A DNA stretch of 63,092 nucleotides, counting the filler, from Bigelowiella natans CCMP2755 (lineage: Eukaryota > Protista > Cercozoa), in assembly GCA_000320545.1 (NCBI GenBank). It is 6 parts of 6 records of this genome, joined end to end, with 100 filler letters (N's around TTAATTAATTAA, not from the genome) between each part and the next. Parts side by side here need not be neighbours in the genome. Positions count along the whole stretch, not along the records: positions 6,317 to 21,234 come from ADNK01001881.1; positions 21,335 to 43,899 come from ADNK01002475.1; 4 more parts are not named here. One strand, 5' to 3'. Position numbers and translations under genes: made by a program. The notes beneath the pieces were generated by a model. It saw only the letters and a list, made by a program, of their open reading frames with translations. It had not been told where the DNA came from and ran no database searches. Of this stretch, positions 13,604 through 27,199 are shown piece after piece. Position 1 is the stretch's first letter; the number at the start of each line of letters is the position of its first letter.

Positions 13604-14203
13604 ATGCCTCGATCCTCGCACATCACTCTTGCTATCTCTGTGCTGGCACTTGTATGCTGTGCTACCTTATTCGCTGGCCGTGGTCATACTGAGCTTCGCA
13701 TGCCAATTGGTACTCGTGTTGCATCTACAAGATCGCTAATGCGCACTCCCACCCATCAAGAGTCCATTCGATTCAACCGTTGCCTCCGAGGTTTTTCCGA
13801 GATACTTAAAAATCATTGAATTCCAACGTATCGATAGCATCCAAAAATTAATAGCAATATCTGTTTTGAAGCTTGTGCCGAAGAAAAAACACGAATCAAC
13901 ACAGAGATCGAACTTGAATCGCCAAAGGTATCAAAAAAATAATCAGTTTAAGTTTTATCGATTTAGCATAAACAATTGGAATTGTAGGTTGTGACGGCTG
14001 AGGATTTGAAGGCAGGAGAAAAGAAAGTATATTGTCGCTGCTGGAAATCAGGGTTCGCAAATTTTTGATAAAAGTTTTTGGTTGGAAGTTGATTTGGAGC
14101 ATACATTAGAACCTTTCCATTGTGCGATGGAACTCACGCCAAATGGAATAAAGAGACCGGCGATAATGTCGGACCTTTAATTGTCACGGGTAAGGCTGAA
14201 TAA
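13604..14203 (+). CDS. Plastid-targeted CDGSH iron-sulfur (NEET) protein, 4 exons
   Basis: Signal peptide [25 protein letters not shown] plus R/S/T-rich transit peptide; spliced C-terminus [52 protein letters not shown] carries the CDGSH motif. Confidence 0.9.
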
Positions 14204-14310
14204 TCACTCATTTTCTTCGCTCCTGGATGCAAACATCTACCAGTAAACGTGTAATTCGACATACGTTAGCCTTAAGCCTCCGCTAGCTAGAATAATTGCG
14301 TGCACTGTTA

Positions 14311-14450
14311 TATGAGACGGATGTAATGAAGTGATTAAATCTTTTTAATAGTCATCCTAATGTAGCTATGCAAACCAGCGGCTACAGCGCTTAGGTTGCA
14401 TCCATTTGTTTCGACTAACATGTATTTCATGCATTTGAAAGCATCTGTGT
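14311..14450 (+). repeat. Dispersed repeat copy 2 (TpA-retaining partner of 11111-11250)
   Basis: Direct sequence similarity to copy 1. Confidence 0.85.
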
Positions 14451-14869
14451 CCTGTCGTGCGGCCTAGCGGTGCGCGCAGCGGTCCGTGCCTCTTGCTTTT
14501 CAGCTTCTAAAGTCATTTCGTCTCATCGTTTCGCTTCATGATGGCATTCAATTGATTTCGTAATCTGATCTGTTGATGTTCGCATGCCGTGCATTGAAGG
14601 AGATGATCCATCTAGCCATGTCTTTCATGCGACGTACACCACATCGATCGATCTAGCACATGCATCATCACACGTGCTAGCGTGGCATCTACTTCTTCTA
14701 TACTTCACATTGTCCTCGGGACAACATGAATTTTCCAAGATTGCCCACCCCACAGATCTAGAGATGGCACGCATCCAAAACATGCATGATGGCAACACTT
14801 GGCAATTTCAATTTGATGCCAATGCACCACTCTACATCTAACACTGTTGCGCACACGTGCCACTGCTAA

Positions 14870-15945
14870 CACTGGCATGGCTGCTTGCTGATTGTGAGCT
14901 CACGTGGAAGCTTTGCATGTGAAGATCTTCATGATTTTGTGCGTTCACACACGTCTGGTCGGAAATGACACGCACACATGGCATGTGCACATTTGGCTGC
15001 TAGCTAGCTAGCACACAACTGAAAGGCTAGATGGGGCCAGCTAGCCAGGTTTGACAATCAACAAAGACCCCATGCAACATGCAACGCGCAATGGCGGATC
15101 ATCATCATGCACTTGTCAGTTGTGCATGCAGCCATCTAGCTCTGTGCCGTGTCAGCGTGGCCATTATGCCATCGATCAGGACAGTGCACTCCATGGCACA
15201 TCTCGATCAAACGCATGCGCTCACAGATTTTGGTTGATGACGCTTGAGGGCGCCCTGGAGCTCAAGGGGGGCGGGTTTGCGGACACAGCAATCGCAGGCG
15301 CCCTGCGGCCCTGCCGAGCGCCGCCGGCCGAAGCTGACTCACGGAAATGGCTTCTCTTGGCGCGTTGCGCCATTTCCGCATTTCACCAAGCCAAAACACA
15401 GCATTTTCCTGAAATTCAGTGAAATCTGCATGCATGTCCACATGTCTGCAATGGAAACTTGCAAACTTCACTGCAACCACCCGCAAATTTCTCGCGCGGA
15501 GCGCGAGAAAAACACTCTTTTGTTGGCCGCAAAACCCTCATTTCCGCCCCCATTGAGCTCCATCTGCGCATGGAAAAACTTGCAAACTTCACTGCAACCA
15601 CCCGAAAAATTTTCGCGCGGAGCGAAAAAAACACCCCTTTGGCCGCAAAACCCTCATTTCCGCAACCCTTGATCTCTAGATCACCCTTGATGACTTTTGA
15701 TCGTCTAGCTGGAACATTTGTTGCGCAACGCGCATGCTGGCATGCAGCGATGCGATCGAAGCGGGAACACTCATGAAACAATGTGTGTGGGACAAATTTT
15801 CTCGCGATTTCAGCGCACACACTCAGGATGTGCGCGTGAGAAACTGCACACATGCACGCGCCGCGCCTGTCATGCACATCGCATGTGATCATCGTGCAAT
15901 TTGTTTGATGTCCATGTTGATGCTCGTGTGGGCCTGATTTCCAAA
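14870..15945. other. TpA-depleted, CTAG-retaining intergenic tract
   Basis: By eye 9 TpA in about 1075 bp, 8 of them in CTAG. Confidence 0.9.
15262..15672. mobile_element. Putative MITE-like element with internal ~120-bp tandem duplication (about 15451-15548 and 15570-15664)
   Basis: Ends TCAAGGG...TTTGCGG and CCGCAACCCTTGA are imperfect inverted repeats; internal unit ATGGAAA(A)CTTGCAAACTTCACTGCAACCACCCG...GGCCGCAAAACCCTCATTTCCGC occurs twice. Confidence 0.45.
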
Positions 15946-16039
15946 GTTAAGGCACTTCCAAATTTCACAACACGTGGTCTTCAATCAATGGAGTGGAATT
16001 ACTTCATTTAAGTTCTTCCAGTCGTGCGATTTCTCTGGC

Positions 16040-16656
16040 CTGTTGTGAATAAAAGTTTCTGTCAGTGAGAGATAATTCAATTAGCATCAGAAAATTACCT
16101 CATATTCATCAAGGAACTTCTTGATCGCTGGCCGAACGTGTCTCTCGAATGTTTTTTCGACCTGATGAATGATTCAGAGTCTATGTGAATCCATGGAATT
16201 ACTAGTAAACAATGTTTGATATTAGAGATACCGTTGAGTCGATAGGTCTCACAATGACCGGTATCATAGCAAGGCCGAATAGTGTCGGTCCCCAGTGATC
16301 CAACTATATGACAAGAGGAAGAGTATGGATGGCATAAAAAGGATAATGCGAATCAGAGAGAAAAATAAACAATTTTCCAAGCGTTTTCAGAAGTTGAAGT
16401 TTTGTGAATACTTTTTCTGTAGTCTCTGTAGATATTCCGCCAAACACCTGGGTTAGTTACTAATTATTGCGCTACAACTACAGATCTTCTTATATTGGTT
16501 GATCCTACCTCTTGTCTGAACAAACTAGCGAGTAGAAAATGTGCCAGAGCAACGCAACTATTATCGATGTTAATATAGTAACTGTAGTGAGAATGATGGC
16601 ATTTGCAGGTCATTGCGGTATAAATCAATATCTCTCTCTTTCTCTCTCTCTCTCTC

Positions 16657-16693
<37 letters not shown>

Positions 16694-18203
16694 TTTCTTA
16701 ACATAATGACAACGGACCGGTTTATGGTGAATCCAGGAATAATAACGGAAGCAAGTGACTGCCACACTAGCGACTCAGCAGTCGCCATCTGGTGGTTATG
16801 TTGATACGAAAAACAGTGTCAAAATTTTGTGCTGTGGTATGCCGCACTAATTCGGTGCGCTTGCGTATGGGCGAATAGATGATAGAAAATGTAGAGAGGA
16901 TAATGACCGCTATTCGCATCTTGGTAGAATTGCCATCCGTAGCTCCGTCTTTTTTCTTTTGAATAAACAAAGGCATTTCATACTTGTTATGAGAACAAAT
17001 ATCATCGCTCGATCCAGTATATAGTATACACCACTTTACCAGATGTTTTGCTGTCATATATCCTTGGTAAATTGAGTCGGAGACTACATACCTAGAATAG
17101 ACCGCGAAAGCAACAGTCAGGACACGATGGTGAAGAAAACTAATTACTCGAAATAGCGAGCTTCTTCTTACCCGCTCGCGATCGCATATGATACCAGGAC
17201 TCCTGCAGTGTCGCAAGTGTTTTTCATTAGTCTTCATAATGCGCTTGCATTTCGAATAAATCTATCGCCACTTTTGTGATCAAATTTCAGTGACACGACC
17301 CCTACCCCCCAACCTACCAACTATCTACAACCTGATGCACCAATGAAAGCTCGGAATGCTTCCCCTGCTTCGTTGGCATAACTAAAGAGGATATTATTAC
17401 TCACTTACTAGTTAAATATGTCGCCGAAAGCTTTCTGTGTTAAATGCAATATTTTACCCCATATATCTGAGTCCAGTATCCCGGAACAAGTCAACCTCGT
17501 TCTGTGCAGGTGGTGGCACAGAAGAAGGAGAGGACGACGGCTCCCCCTCTTCGCAATTGGATTCATCGCCATTTGCAGCACATTGCAAGTGTTCCAAAAC
17601 CCTATTCTGTCTCTTCCACACAGGAGAGTCGATCCATTCTCTTCTGCGACGCGGTCTCTGCGCCAATAAAGAAGGGTGCTTTCGGACCATGGGTGTTCTT
17701 AGTCGAACATGATCACTTAGAAAATGATTTCGATAGACTATGTGCCGATGATCCTTTGCGAACTTCGTCCCAGAAACCATAAGCACTAGCTGGGCGATGA
17801 GTTGTACTTTCAATAAAAGGTGAGCGCGACCTGACGATGGTGTCATTGTGGATGCCCCCCTTTTCCCGTTCTGCTTTAAACTTACTTCTGATCCAATTGA
17901 ACGAACGAAATTTCATGCAAGGATGAGGCGAAGATGAGAAAAGAGATGAATGATCTTTCAGCAAACGAGGGAGTGGTGATAGGGTGAGGGAGACAGATAC
18001 CCTAATGGCACTCAGTTCATGTCAGTTGAGACTGTTCCGAAACACTCCCCTACGACAATAAATAAGCGATAATCTACTAAAGAACCTCCTGCAAACATAG
18101 ACTTACGACGCAGGAAAACCTCTACGCAAACACAGGTAAATTCAGCCAGATTTTGTTCGTAGGGTCTTGTTGTTATACTGACTGTGTTTTTAGACGACGA
18201 CAT
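16040..18203 (-). CDS. MTFP1: MTFP1/MTP18-family membrane protein with long N-terminal extension; both ends approximate
   Basis: Exons give VDLFRDTGLRYMG-YANEAGEAFRAF, YVVSDSIYQG, ATAESLVWQSLASVIIPGFTINR, WGPTLFGLAMIPVIVRPIDSTV, which are family signature motifs. Confidence 0.85.
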
Positions 18204-18554
18204 GACGGATTGGATGTCGCATTTTCACAAACCGCATATGTGCTTTGAGCCTTCTCCTTCCGGCCAATCCGTCCAGAGATCAACACGCGGACAGACACCG
18301 CTATGGGGGAGGATTCAGGTTTGCTTGTCCACGTCGCTGTCATGCCTTCGACCAAAATTATAGAGTTTTGTGATGCACAAGCGTGGCTATCTCTGTAGAG
18401 TTTTGAACTTAGGAGGAAAGCGAGGCGCTTCCCTCGAATGAGAATGCGTTCCAACTTTTCAGGAGGCTTGGTGGACATTTGGCAGCTTCGGATTTTAGTG
18501 CAGGGAGTGTTTGGTAGTGGATGATAGCATTTTATAACCATTTTATTCAAAAAT

Positions 18555-19376
18555 ATGAACGATTCTATCGTCACACTCGGCGTGCTGGACCCCTTTCCCC
18601 TCGTTGTGTTTCACTGCATCAATTGCAGTGCTGATGATCGGTCTGTGCGGGGGCAGCCTGAGGATTCCACTCCTCCGGAAACTTTCAAGTTACGGCAAGC
18701 TCCAACTGAAATCATCGATAACTTCTACGGAGTCCTTATCTGGTGAATTAAAGAATTTATAGTAGCTATCATCTGATATAAATTAACGACGGCCAATGAT
18801 GATGATAACGATGATTATGACACTTGAACCGCTCTTATTTTATCGGATTTAAGCCGTCACCTTCAGTAAGCATGAGAGGCCCTTAGAAATATTGTTTGTG
18901 ATCCTAGATTCGAAGCAAAGTACAACAACGAGTGCGGCTCTGGAGGTCAGACTACATGCTTGATCTTATTCTTAAATACTACTGTCAACAAGCTCAATTC
19001 TCTTTCTCTTCATTTCTCGTAATATTATTCAATTGTCCGCTGATTGACGTTTATCGAGGATTTTCGTTTTTCTTCTCCATGAACTTTCCTTTCCGACTTC
19101 TCCATCATATATGTATACTTTTATTTTTTATCTCTAACCACGATGATTACCGATGATAACTAGCGATTGCTCTTACAAGCGGCAAATCACCCGTCACTGT
19201 ACCTATCTTCTAAAGTCGCATATCGCATGTTCTACACATGCTTGCTCATCTTCAACTCAATATTCATTCTTGGGGTCCTCATTACGAAAGAAAACTATAT
19301 TTTGATCATGTCTAGATGATACTTTCTTGAGTATGGATGAACTCTTCTCTCCTTCTTACTCCCCCCCCCCCCCCCC

Positions 19377-19418
<42 letters not shown>

Positions 19419-20055
19419 CTCTTATACATATAAATGTACATCATATCCTTTCATTGATCGTATATGTATACATATTGCTGATTTTCCTCTTTCTTATTTT
19501 CGATTTGATGTTCTCAATCGTCACCATCATCATTATGATCATTATCATCTATTTCATCATGATCTTTCCTGTTCTCTATCTCTTGTTGAGGTATGGATGA
19601 TGTGGAATCGCAATGGCCATTTCCAAGTGGCGGCACATACTAACAACCAATACGCCTGGATGTTCTTTGGAGTAGTACGATTCATTTGCTGCAATGGCGG
19701 GGATGCGTCGTCATCTTCTTTATCATCACCATCATCATCATCGTCACATCGGAGCGGCTGCGGTAGCAAGCAGTTGATTGTAATGGCCATGATGCAGCTT
19801 CACGGATTCAGAAGGGTGCGTGCTACTATGTGCTGATGACATGTAAATTATACTGACATCAATCGACAACAAAAAAACAATTTATCATCATCATCTCATT
19901 TGCATCACAATTATGCTACCTTTGTATTCGTCCTTCTATCAGCTTTATGAATGCTTTCGAGTGCATCGTTTCAGTCGGAAAAGTTGTCAGCATATTATAG
20001 TTACCGCAGGTGGTCATTGAATACTTTGACCACATAATCATATACTTAATCTCTC

Positions 20056-20103
<48 letters not shown>

Positions 20104-20866
20104 ACACACACACACACACACACAATAGGTGGCATTTGCTTCTACCTGATGGCAACATTGACGCCTGTGGTAGATTTACCGGGTGGGTTTGCCTTCGGTT
20201 GCAGTTTTTGCAGCAGTCATAGTAGCAGCAGCCATGATCGTAGTACAACGACGGTGGCGATGAATTGTTGCACGATTTCGCTTGGCATCGTGCTTTTCTT
20301 ACTCGGTTCCTACCACCAGGTGCATTTTCTAATGCTGCTATCCTATACACAAGTTATGTCCTGGATTTTAATGTGTCGTCTGTGTTCTGCGCGTGTGTGA
20401 TAGTACCGCTGATTTCTCTTGAAAGTCTGTGATTTTTTTTACAATAACCTCGTACCTGTCGTCGTCGCCGTAGGCGTGGTAGGGGTAGCATTAATTTAAT
20501 GCAAAGCTACTCATGAAGTCTAAAGTGATCAATGCGCTTGCTTTTAGCACCGTTGCCACCGGATACTGGCAGACATTCGATGGAAGAACAAGGGCCTTAG
20601 TGCTCCTCGACTCAGCCAACAGTCGCCGCGACGAAGGGCGCGGCGGCGGAGACAACAGCCGCTGCAACAGCGTGAAACTAGCGTGAGCTATGGTGACAAG
20701 CATTATGCCTGACGATGTGCGAGAGCGCTTTTATCAAGATGCATTGTGGTCATCATAAAGGTGGCGAGAAGGGCGTTCGCGACGACAATGACAACAGCTC
20801 TCGCTACTCTGTGCCATATGGGGACTGGTTTCAGCATGTTTCATCACCGCATTATCTGGCAGAAGT

Positions 20867-20870
<4 letters not shown>
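18555..20870 (+). CDS. Polyprenol reductase / steroid 5-alpha-reductase family (SRD5A3/DFG10-like), 3' end lost in artefact and gap
   Basis: Exons LRKLSSYGK, AYRMFY, MQLHGFRR-LYECFRVHRFS, GIVLFLLGSYHQ-HRCHRILADIR, YSVPYGDWFQHVSSPHYLAEV. Confidence 0.85.
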
Positions 20871-20917
<47 letters not shown>

Positions 20918-21234
20918 GAGAGAGAGAGAGAGAGAGGGGATGAAACATGCTGAAACCAGTCCACATATGGCACAGAGTAGCGAGAGCTGTTGTGATTGTC
21001 GTCGCGAGCGCGCTTCTCGCCACCTTTATGATGACCACAATGTATATTGATAAACGCGCTCGCGCACACAGGCACGCACACAGACAGACACTCTCTCTCA
21101 CGCTCGCTCTCTCTCGTTCGCGAGACTGAGTTAGACTCAGATGCGCGCACGCTCGCGCTCACTCGCACGCGGACGCGGGAGGCCTGAGTGCGTACGCTCG
21201 CGCGCGCGGTGATCGTCTGGTGAGTGTGTGAGAG

Positions 21235-21334
21235 NNNNNNNNNNNNNNNNNNNNNNNNNNNNNNNNNNNNNNNNNNNNTTAATTAATTAANNNNNNNNNN
21301 NNNNNNNNNNNNNNNNNNNNNNNNNNNNNNNNNN
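21235..21334. other. Assembly gap
   Basis: N-run with TTAATTAATTAA spacer. Confidence 0.95.
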
Positions 21335-21559
21335 TGGGGGGGGGGAGGGCATTTGCCCGTAGGGCGTACCATTGTTTTTCTCAGGTGTGGTGAGGAAAAA
21401 GGAGGGTTTCAAACAAGACTAATGTGTTTTTCCGCGTTTTATTTCTTCCCTTCTTCTTCCGCTCTCTCTCTCTCTCTCTCTCTCTCCCCCCCCCCCACCT
21501 TTGGTGCATTTATGCGTGTGGTGTGGTGTGGTGTGTGGGTGTGGGTGTATGTGTGTTTG

Positions 21560-21831
21560 CTACTGCTATGGGGATCTTCGTTTGTCGGCCCGGAAAACAT
21601 AGGGTCAAGGATGAGCTGAAGGTGATATATGAGGATAACAACGCATGCATCATCAAAGGAACATAGGAGGAAAAAGAAACAACATAGCCTGTACTTGTAG
21701 AATGCACGTCGCATTTGACTGGCGTTTGTAAACACAGCAAGGCCCCCCCCCCCCTCCCCTTCCCCTTTCCTCCCCCTTTTGCATCCACATTTGTGTATAT
21801 TATTCGATTCATCAATGACGACGATACGAGT

Positions 21832-21873
<42 letters not shown>

Positions 21874-23120
21874 GCATACAAAAGCTCCTGCTGCGTGTTC
21901 CGGAGGACACGGGCGAGAGCAGCAGTGGCGATGATGGCTACTGCTGCAGGTTCCGGATGACACTGAAAGAGAGGTAATACTACTACGTGGCGACATGCAA
22001 GCCAAAGAAAAGCAAAAAAGAAATTACGCACGCACACGCACACGCACACGCACACACGCACACACGCACACACGCACACACGCACACACGCACACACGCA
22101 CACAATTGGCATTCTTATTGTGATGGCTGGCGGTGTGGTGTCGCGCAGCAAGCAATGCTGGGAAACATATCTCATTTTCATCATCGTGCCATTCAACGGT
22201 TCGCGTAACGATCTACGATCGGCTTCCCCCCCCCCCCCCCCACCCCCCCACTCAGCACGAGGGACTACACGCCGGAACTGTTCTACGTCTTCCCGTGCCG
22301 CGACAACCCTAACAGCCAATCGTCGGCATCGTCGTCGTCGTCGTCATCAACGTCGTCCTCCCACCAGCAGTCCTGCAGCGAGTATAAGTTGAAGATGCAG
22401 GTCGTTAGGAGAATACGAGGAGGGAGCGGAGAGCCAATCGAATCACGCCTCCTACGATTTGAGCACGAGGACGGATTCAAGCTCCAGCTACGGTTTCTAG
22501 GCGACCGAAACCCATTTTATGAAGATAGGAAGGAAGGAGGAGGAGGAGGAGGAGGAGGAGGAGACAGCAGTAATATTAGCGGCGGAGCGAGCAGCAGCAA
22601 CAGCAGTAGCAAGCTGAGCTTCCTCCTGAAAAGCGACAAATCGAGGACAAAAAGCATCCCAGAGGTGGTGGAGGTGATGACGAATAAGCCTGTGGACCTG
22701 CCGCATGTGCGGTACGGCTCGCTCGAGAGCTTAAGCTGGGTCGTAGAAACGAAGCTCCTCTGCAACGACGTTGTGGCCGAGCTCCTCGTCCGGGCGCCGT
22801 GGAAGATGCAGGGGTTCGGCGCCGTCCAGCAGGCCCTGGCCAGGATCGAGGCTCGATTGTGGGAGGAGGAAGCGATCGCGACAGAGGTCGGAAACTTGAG
22901 CTTTGAGAATGGGAGCCCCCCGGTCTTCCTCTTACGATTTCGGAGTTATAGCAGGAGCCGCGCCAGCTCAGGCGGTCTCAGCGGCGGCAAGAATGCGCAG
23001 CTCCTTCTGGCTCAAACAGCTGGTAGAGTGCTAGCGAGGCTCGGTTATGAGGTGCTGCAGCATAAATCAGGAGTAGCAACGATAGCAGCAGCAGCGGCGG
23101 CGGCAGTCGGGAAACAATAA
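21560..23120 (+). CDS. Hypothetical protein (multi-exon; large last exon 22389-23120)
   Basis: 243-aa GC-rich open frame preceded by smaller exon-like segments; no family recognised. Confidence 0.55.
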
Positions 23121-23927
23121 GTCTACAAGTAGCGCATGCAGAACATTCTTTGGATGGATGATTGATTGTTGCGACGCGTAGGTGTGTCGATCATCTAGCT
23201 CTATGCATCCCCCACTGCTGCTCCTATGATTACCGTGCAAATTTTCATAACAATAGAACCCCACATCTAGAGATATTTTGCTTTGCGCGTAGCATTATAG
23301 TCACTTTGATTGTGCTTGCATTGGCATTATTAGTTATTGCGCGTAAAGCTTTATCATTCGCACACACAGCGATGCACTGGTGTACATCCACTAAATGAAT
23401 GCCAGGCAAATTGCAGATGATATATACTGCCCAATCGCTCTTGCCAAATCATGTGTATCGAGATTGACTTGATACTTACATGTACAATAGCCTTTGCTGC
23501 AGGCTGCTCCATTGACTAAATGACGTGCGGCACTCCGAATGCTTCATCGGCACCGAAACGAACAGAGAGCATACAAGCCACAAGGGCACACAAAATAATC
23601 ACAGCAATCGCGCTTTCCATCACTGCCTTGCATCATCATGCGAAATGCTAGCGTATATGTGTAATAACTGGCCATAAATTTACGAACCATCACGCAGTTT
23701 GCAGCATCATCATTCTAGATAATAAGAGCTGTTCCTTACGACACAATTAATTCTATCAGGTAAGCTGCCCCGCCCAACACATCGCCTAAAAGCGTTGAAC
23801 GGGGAGAACAAGCGACCATGCTAGCATGGCTGCCTTGGAAACATGGATATGCGCTTCCATTTTGAAAAAGAAAGAGAAGAAGAAGAGGAAGAAGAAACAG
23901 AAGAAGAAGAAGAAGAAGAAGAACAGC

Positions 23928-24880
23928 TAGCTTTTAGTTTTCTTCTTCTTCTTTTTCTTCGTTCCGTCCTTTTTCTTGCCCTTCTTCTCTTTAGCGGAAG
24001 CGGCTTTCTTGGCAGGCGGCGGCTTCTTCGCCGTTGTTTTCTCTGGCTGCCCGCTATCCTCGTCCTGCTCGAAGGAACAAGCGCAAAAAAGCATGGTGTG
24101 AGAAGATGGTGGGCTGGGGCATGTTCGATAGGTACAATGTGCAATGACTCACATCGCTCAGGTCCACGTCATCCAGATCGTCGTCATCGTAGAGCTGTGA
24201 TCAAAATCGTGTCAGTGTTTGATTAGTCCCACTTCTTCTTCTTTTGCGTAGATTATGTGCAAGGTGGGTGCGTTATTGCTCACGTCTTTGCTGAAATAGA
24301 ACACTTCGTCTCCTTGTTCTGAACGAGGAGGGGGGGGGGGGAAGGGGAGGGGAGGGGGTGAAGGTAAAAGCAGAGGGGGGTTAGGCTTGGCGGGAACAAT
24401 ATGTTGTACAAGATGGTTGGCCGGCCTCAACGCAAATATTTCCTATTGTAGTGTTGGAGTGGGTTTGCTTATACCTTCAGCAGCATCAGCATCGATTCCT
24501 AGCTTGAGGTCCTTCTCAAATATCTCCCGTCCGGTGAGCTTTGACACTTTCTTAACCTCAAACTACCGTTTTGCCACGGACAAAATCCACCAGCACACAC
24601 ACACACACACACACATACTCAGTCGCTTCTACATGTTTCTGTACATGATGTGTACCACTAGTTTGATTACATGCTGGCTGGTTTACCACTAACGTCGTGT
24701 TCTGATTGTTCTGAGCATCGAATTTCTCCTTCCACCTGTTGCGTACAATACAAAAGGCATCCTTATTAGGCCTTCAGCTCTTCCGGTCGCCACGCTGCGC
24801 AATCGTATTACTCAACGAAGTTTTCTTTCGAGACCGCCGAGTCAAGTTGCTTGTTTACCCAAGGTAATGAGGAAGAGTAC

Positions 24881-24919
<39 letters not shown>

Positions 24920-26360
24920 TTTTTATTTTAAGACGTCGTTCATAGAGGAAGCAACATAGCAGCTGTTGGAGAAGGATTCGTTAAATCAGCTGTGATACGT
25001 GTGTGTGTGTGTGTGGTAATATTTTCCATTCTTGTAAACTTGTTTCTATTACTCTTTTTTCGCTTTGGCCGCTTGAGCTAAAAGTTCTTCCTTCGTTGGG
25101 TCTTTCTGCTGTTGGGCCTCCAGCCGTTCTTGCTGCAATATACCAACAGAATTTGTAAGCTTTCTTCGCGGAGAAGAGGAAGTGACGACTGTTCAAAGTA
25201 ACGTCGTCCGTCGAAGTGCAGTAGTAGTACCATTAGCTCATACTCGCTTTTCACGACGACATTATGCTCCTGAAGATACCTAGCGACGACAAAGCGGATT
25301 ATTAATCCCGGGATGGAGAAGATGAATGACAATGATGACGATGATGACAACGATGATGATGATGATGATGACAATGATGGGGAATTTGGTTTTGTGACGC
25401 ACAGAAATTTATTAAATCTAGAAAGTTTACGTACACACGCATCTGAATAACTCTATATGTGTATTATAATGTCAGGTTTTGAGTATTACTCCTTCACAGC
25501 TTCAGTGATATCGAACATCATGCACATGCCAACACATTCTTCGGCTTTTGCTTTCACCTATTTCGATAGAAGATTGGGGAAGGAAAATGGCAAACATTCC
25601 TTTTTGAAGCTCATCATCATCACCATCATACGCAAGATTTCAGTTACCAGAGCCTGAAGTGTTTCTCTGTGCGACGTGTCTAAGGATAAGTGAGATTTGA
25701 AACGATCAAATTCGTAAATACAAACGGCTAAGTTTACAGATATTCCCTCCCCCCCCACCACAAAAACATACGCTCAGTTTAGTCATCGGAGTCTCACTTA
25801 ATCCCTTCTCCAGCTGAACCACCACTTCAGGAACAGTCTCAGGATATCCATCGAAAAGCGTCACGTTCAAGCGAATAGAGACTTCATTTTTCCGGAGGAG
25901 CATGTGCGCATATATTAAAAAAAAAAACCATCGATCATCAACATTTCTCGGTGATATGGAGTCGCATTTCTAAGTGTTAAATGCTAAAGTCCCCTCTCTC
26001 AGCCAAATTAGCTATGTTCTTGTCGCAACCCACCATGATTGTTATCTTCCTCAGTCGTCGGGTTTACAACAACGGTGAAGGTCCATGGCTTCCTTTTTGT
26101 CACTGCCGTACGTAATGTGCGTTAGGAGTCACGAGGAGGAGGAGGAGGAGAGGGGGGGGGGGGGGAACGTGTTCCACAGAGGATTTGATTCATCACTTTA
26201 TTTTACCTTTAAGGTCAGCGTCGAATATTGACTGCAGGGATTGCACTTCCATTCCTGCCTCTAATAATCACATTAAATTATAGAGTCATTCATCATCACT
26301 TCACCATTGAACCACGGGAGACCCACCATCATCAATATCGATGTCCTCCAGATCGTCCAT
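23928..26360 (-). CDS. RWD-domain protein (RWDD1/GIR2-like)
   Basis: MDDLEDIDIDD-GMEVQSLQSIF, KPWTFTVVVNP, VSIRLNVTLFDGYPETVP (RWD YPxxxP), AEECVGMCMMFDITEAVKE, KLTGREIFEKD. Confidence 0.82.
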
Positions 26361-27199
26361 GCTACTTGCAACGAGATGTGCTCAGCTCGTGTACCTTTCA
26401 AATCGGCATAAGATGAAAACACGCGCGCGAGCTAAAATGTAGAGACCCGGGCAGCTCTATGCAATGGCGTGCTGTGCGTGTTTGCGTTTTAGAGTGCCAC
26501 ACCAATTAAACTGTGGTTTGTGCACGCAACGTCAGCGCCCACTCACTCGATAAAAAAAAGAAAAAGAGTCGGCACCCAGGCAACTTCCCCTTCCAGAAGC
26601 GCTAGTTCTTCGTCTCGGACACGTGAGCAGGCAGGGGTGTTCGTGGGTTCCAAGCGCTTCTGTGCGTGTCAGATTCCCGCGCAATCAAGCAGAACCCGTT
26701 TGGATATTCTCCGCTTAATTTTTGTTCTACTTATCTATTGCCGTTCCAACCTTATATCATCACGGAATAGTTGTCACAGTATTGAAACTGCCTTCATTTT
26801 CCGACATCGTCAGTTGTTTCTCCCTGACTTACCTTCCCGTCGGGTTTTTCTCCCAGGTGCAATACATGTAGCTAGATACCTGTGCGGCGCTACCAAAATA
26901 CCAGACTATTATACACATACGACAAGGAAATATTATGTCGCATGCGAATAATCTTCCAGGGTAGCGAGCTCCATCCGAGTATACTCCCATATTAAGCCCT
27001 GGACTGCCTCACAGATGTGCAATATCTACAAAATGTCGTTATAAGAATGAGTGCGACATCCATATAGAAATTAAATGAGGGAAAAGGAGCAAAGACAGGA
27101 ACTTCTCGGCGAGCAGTTGTCGCTCTATATCTCTGAAAAAAATCAGGCTTAGAGGGGAGGGCAGCAAGGATGAGTACGACCTCAACCTAGGTGCGACGT

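Noticed and set aside
20716-21065. About 125-bp inverted duplication of a reductase exon around a (TA)n/(GA)n spacer
   Set aside because: Fold-back at a (TA)n hairpin right before a contig end, with degrading quality; most likely a sequencing artefact, to be checked with independent reads
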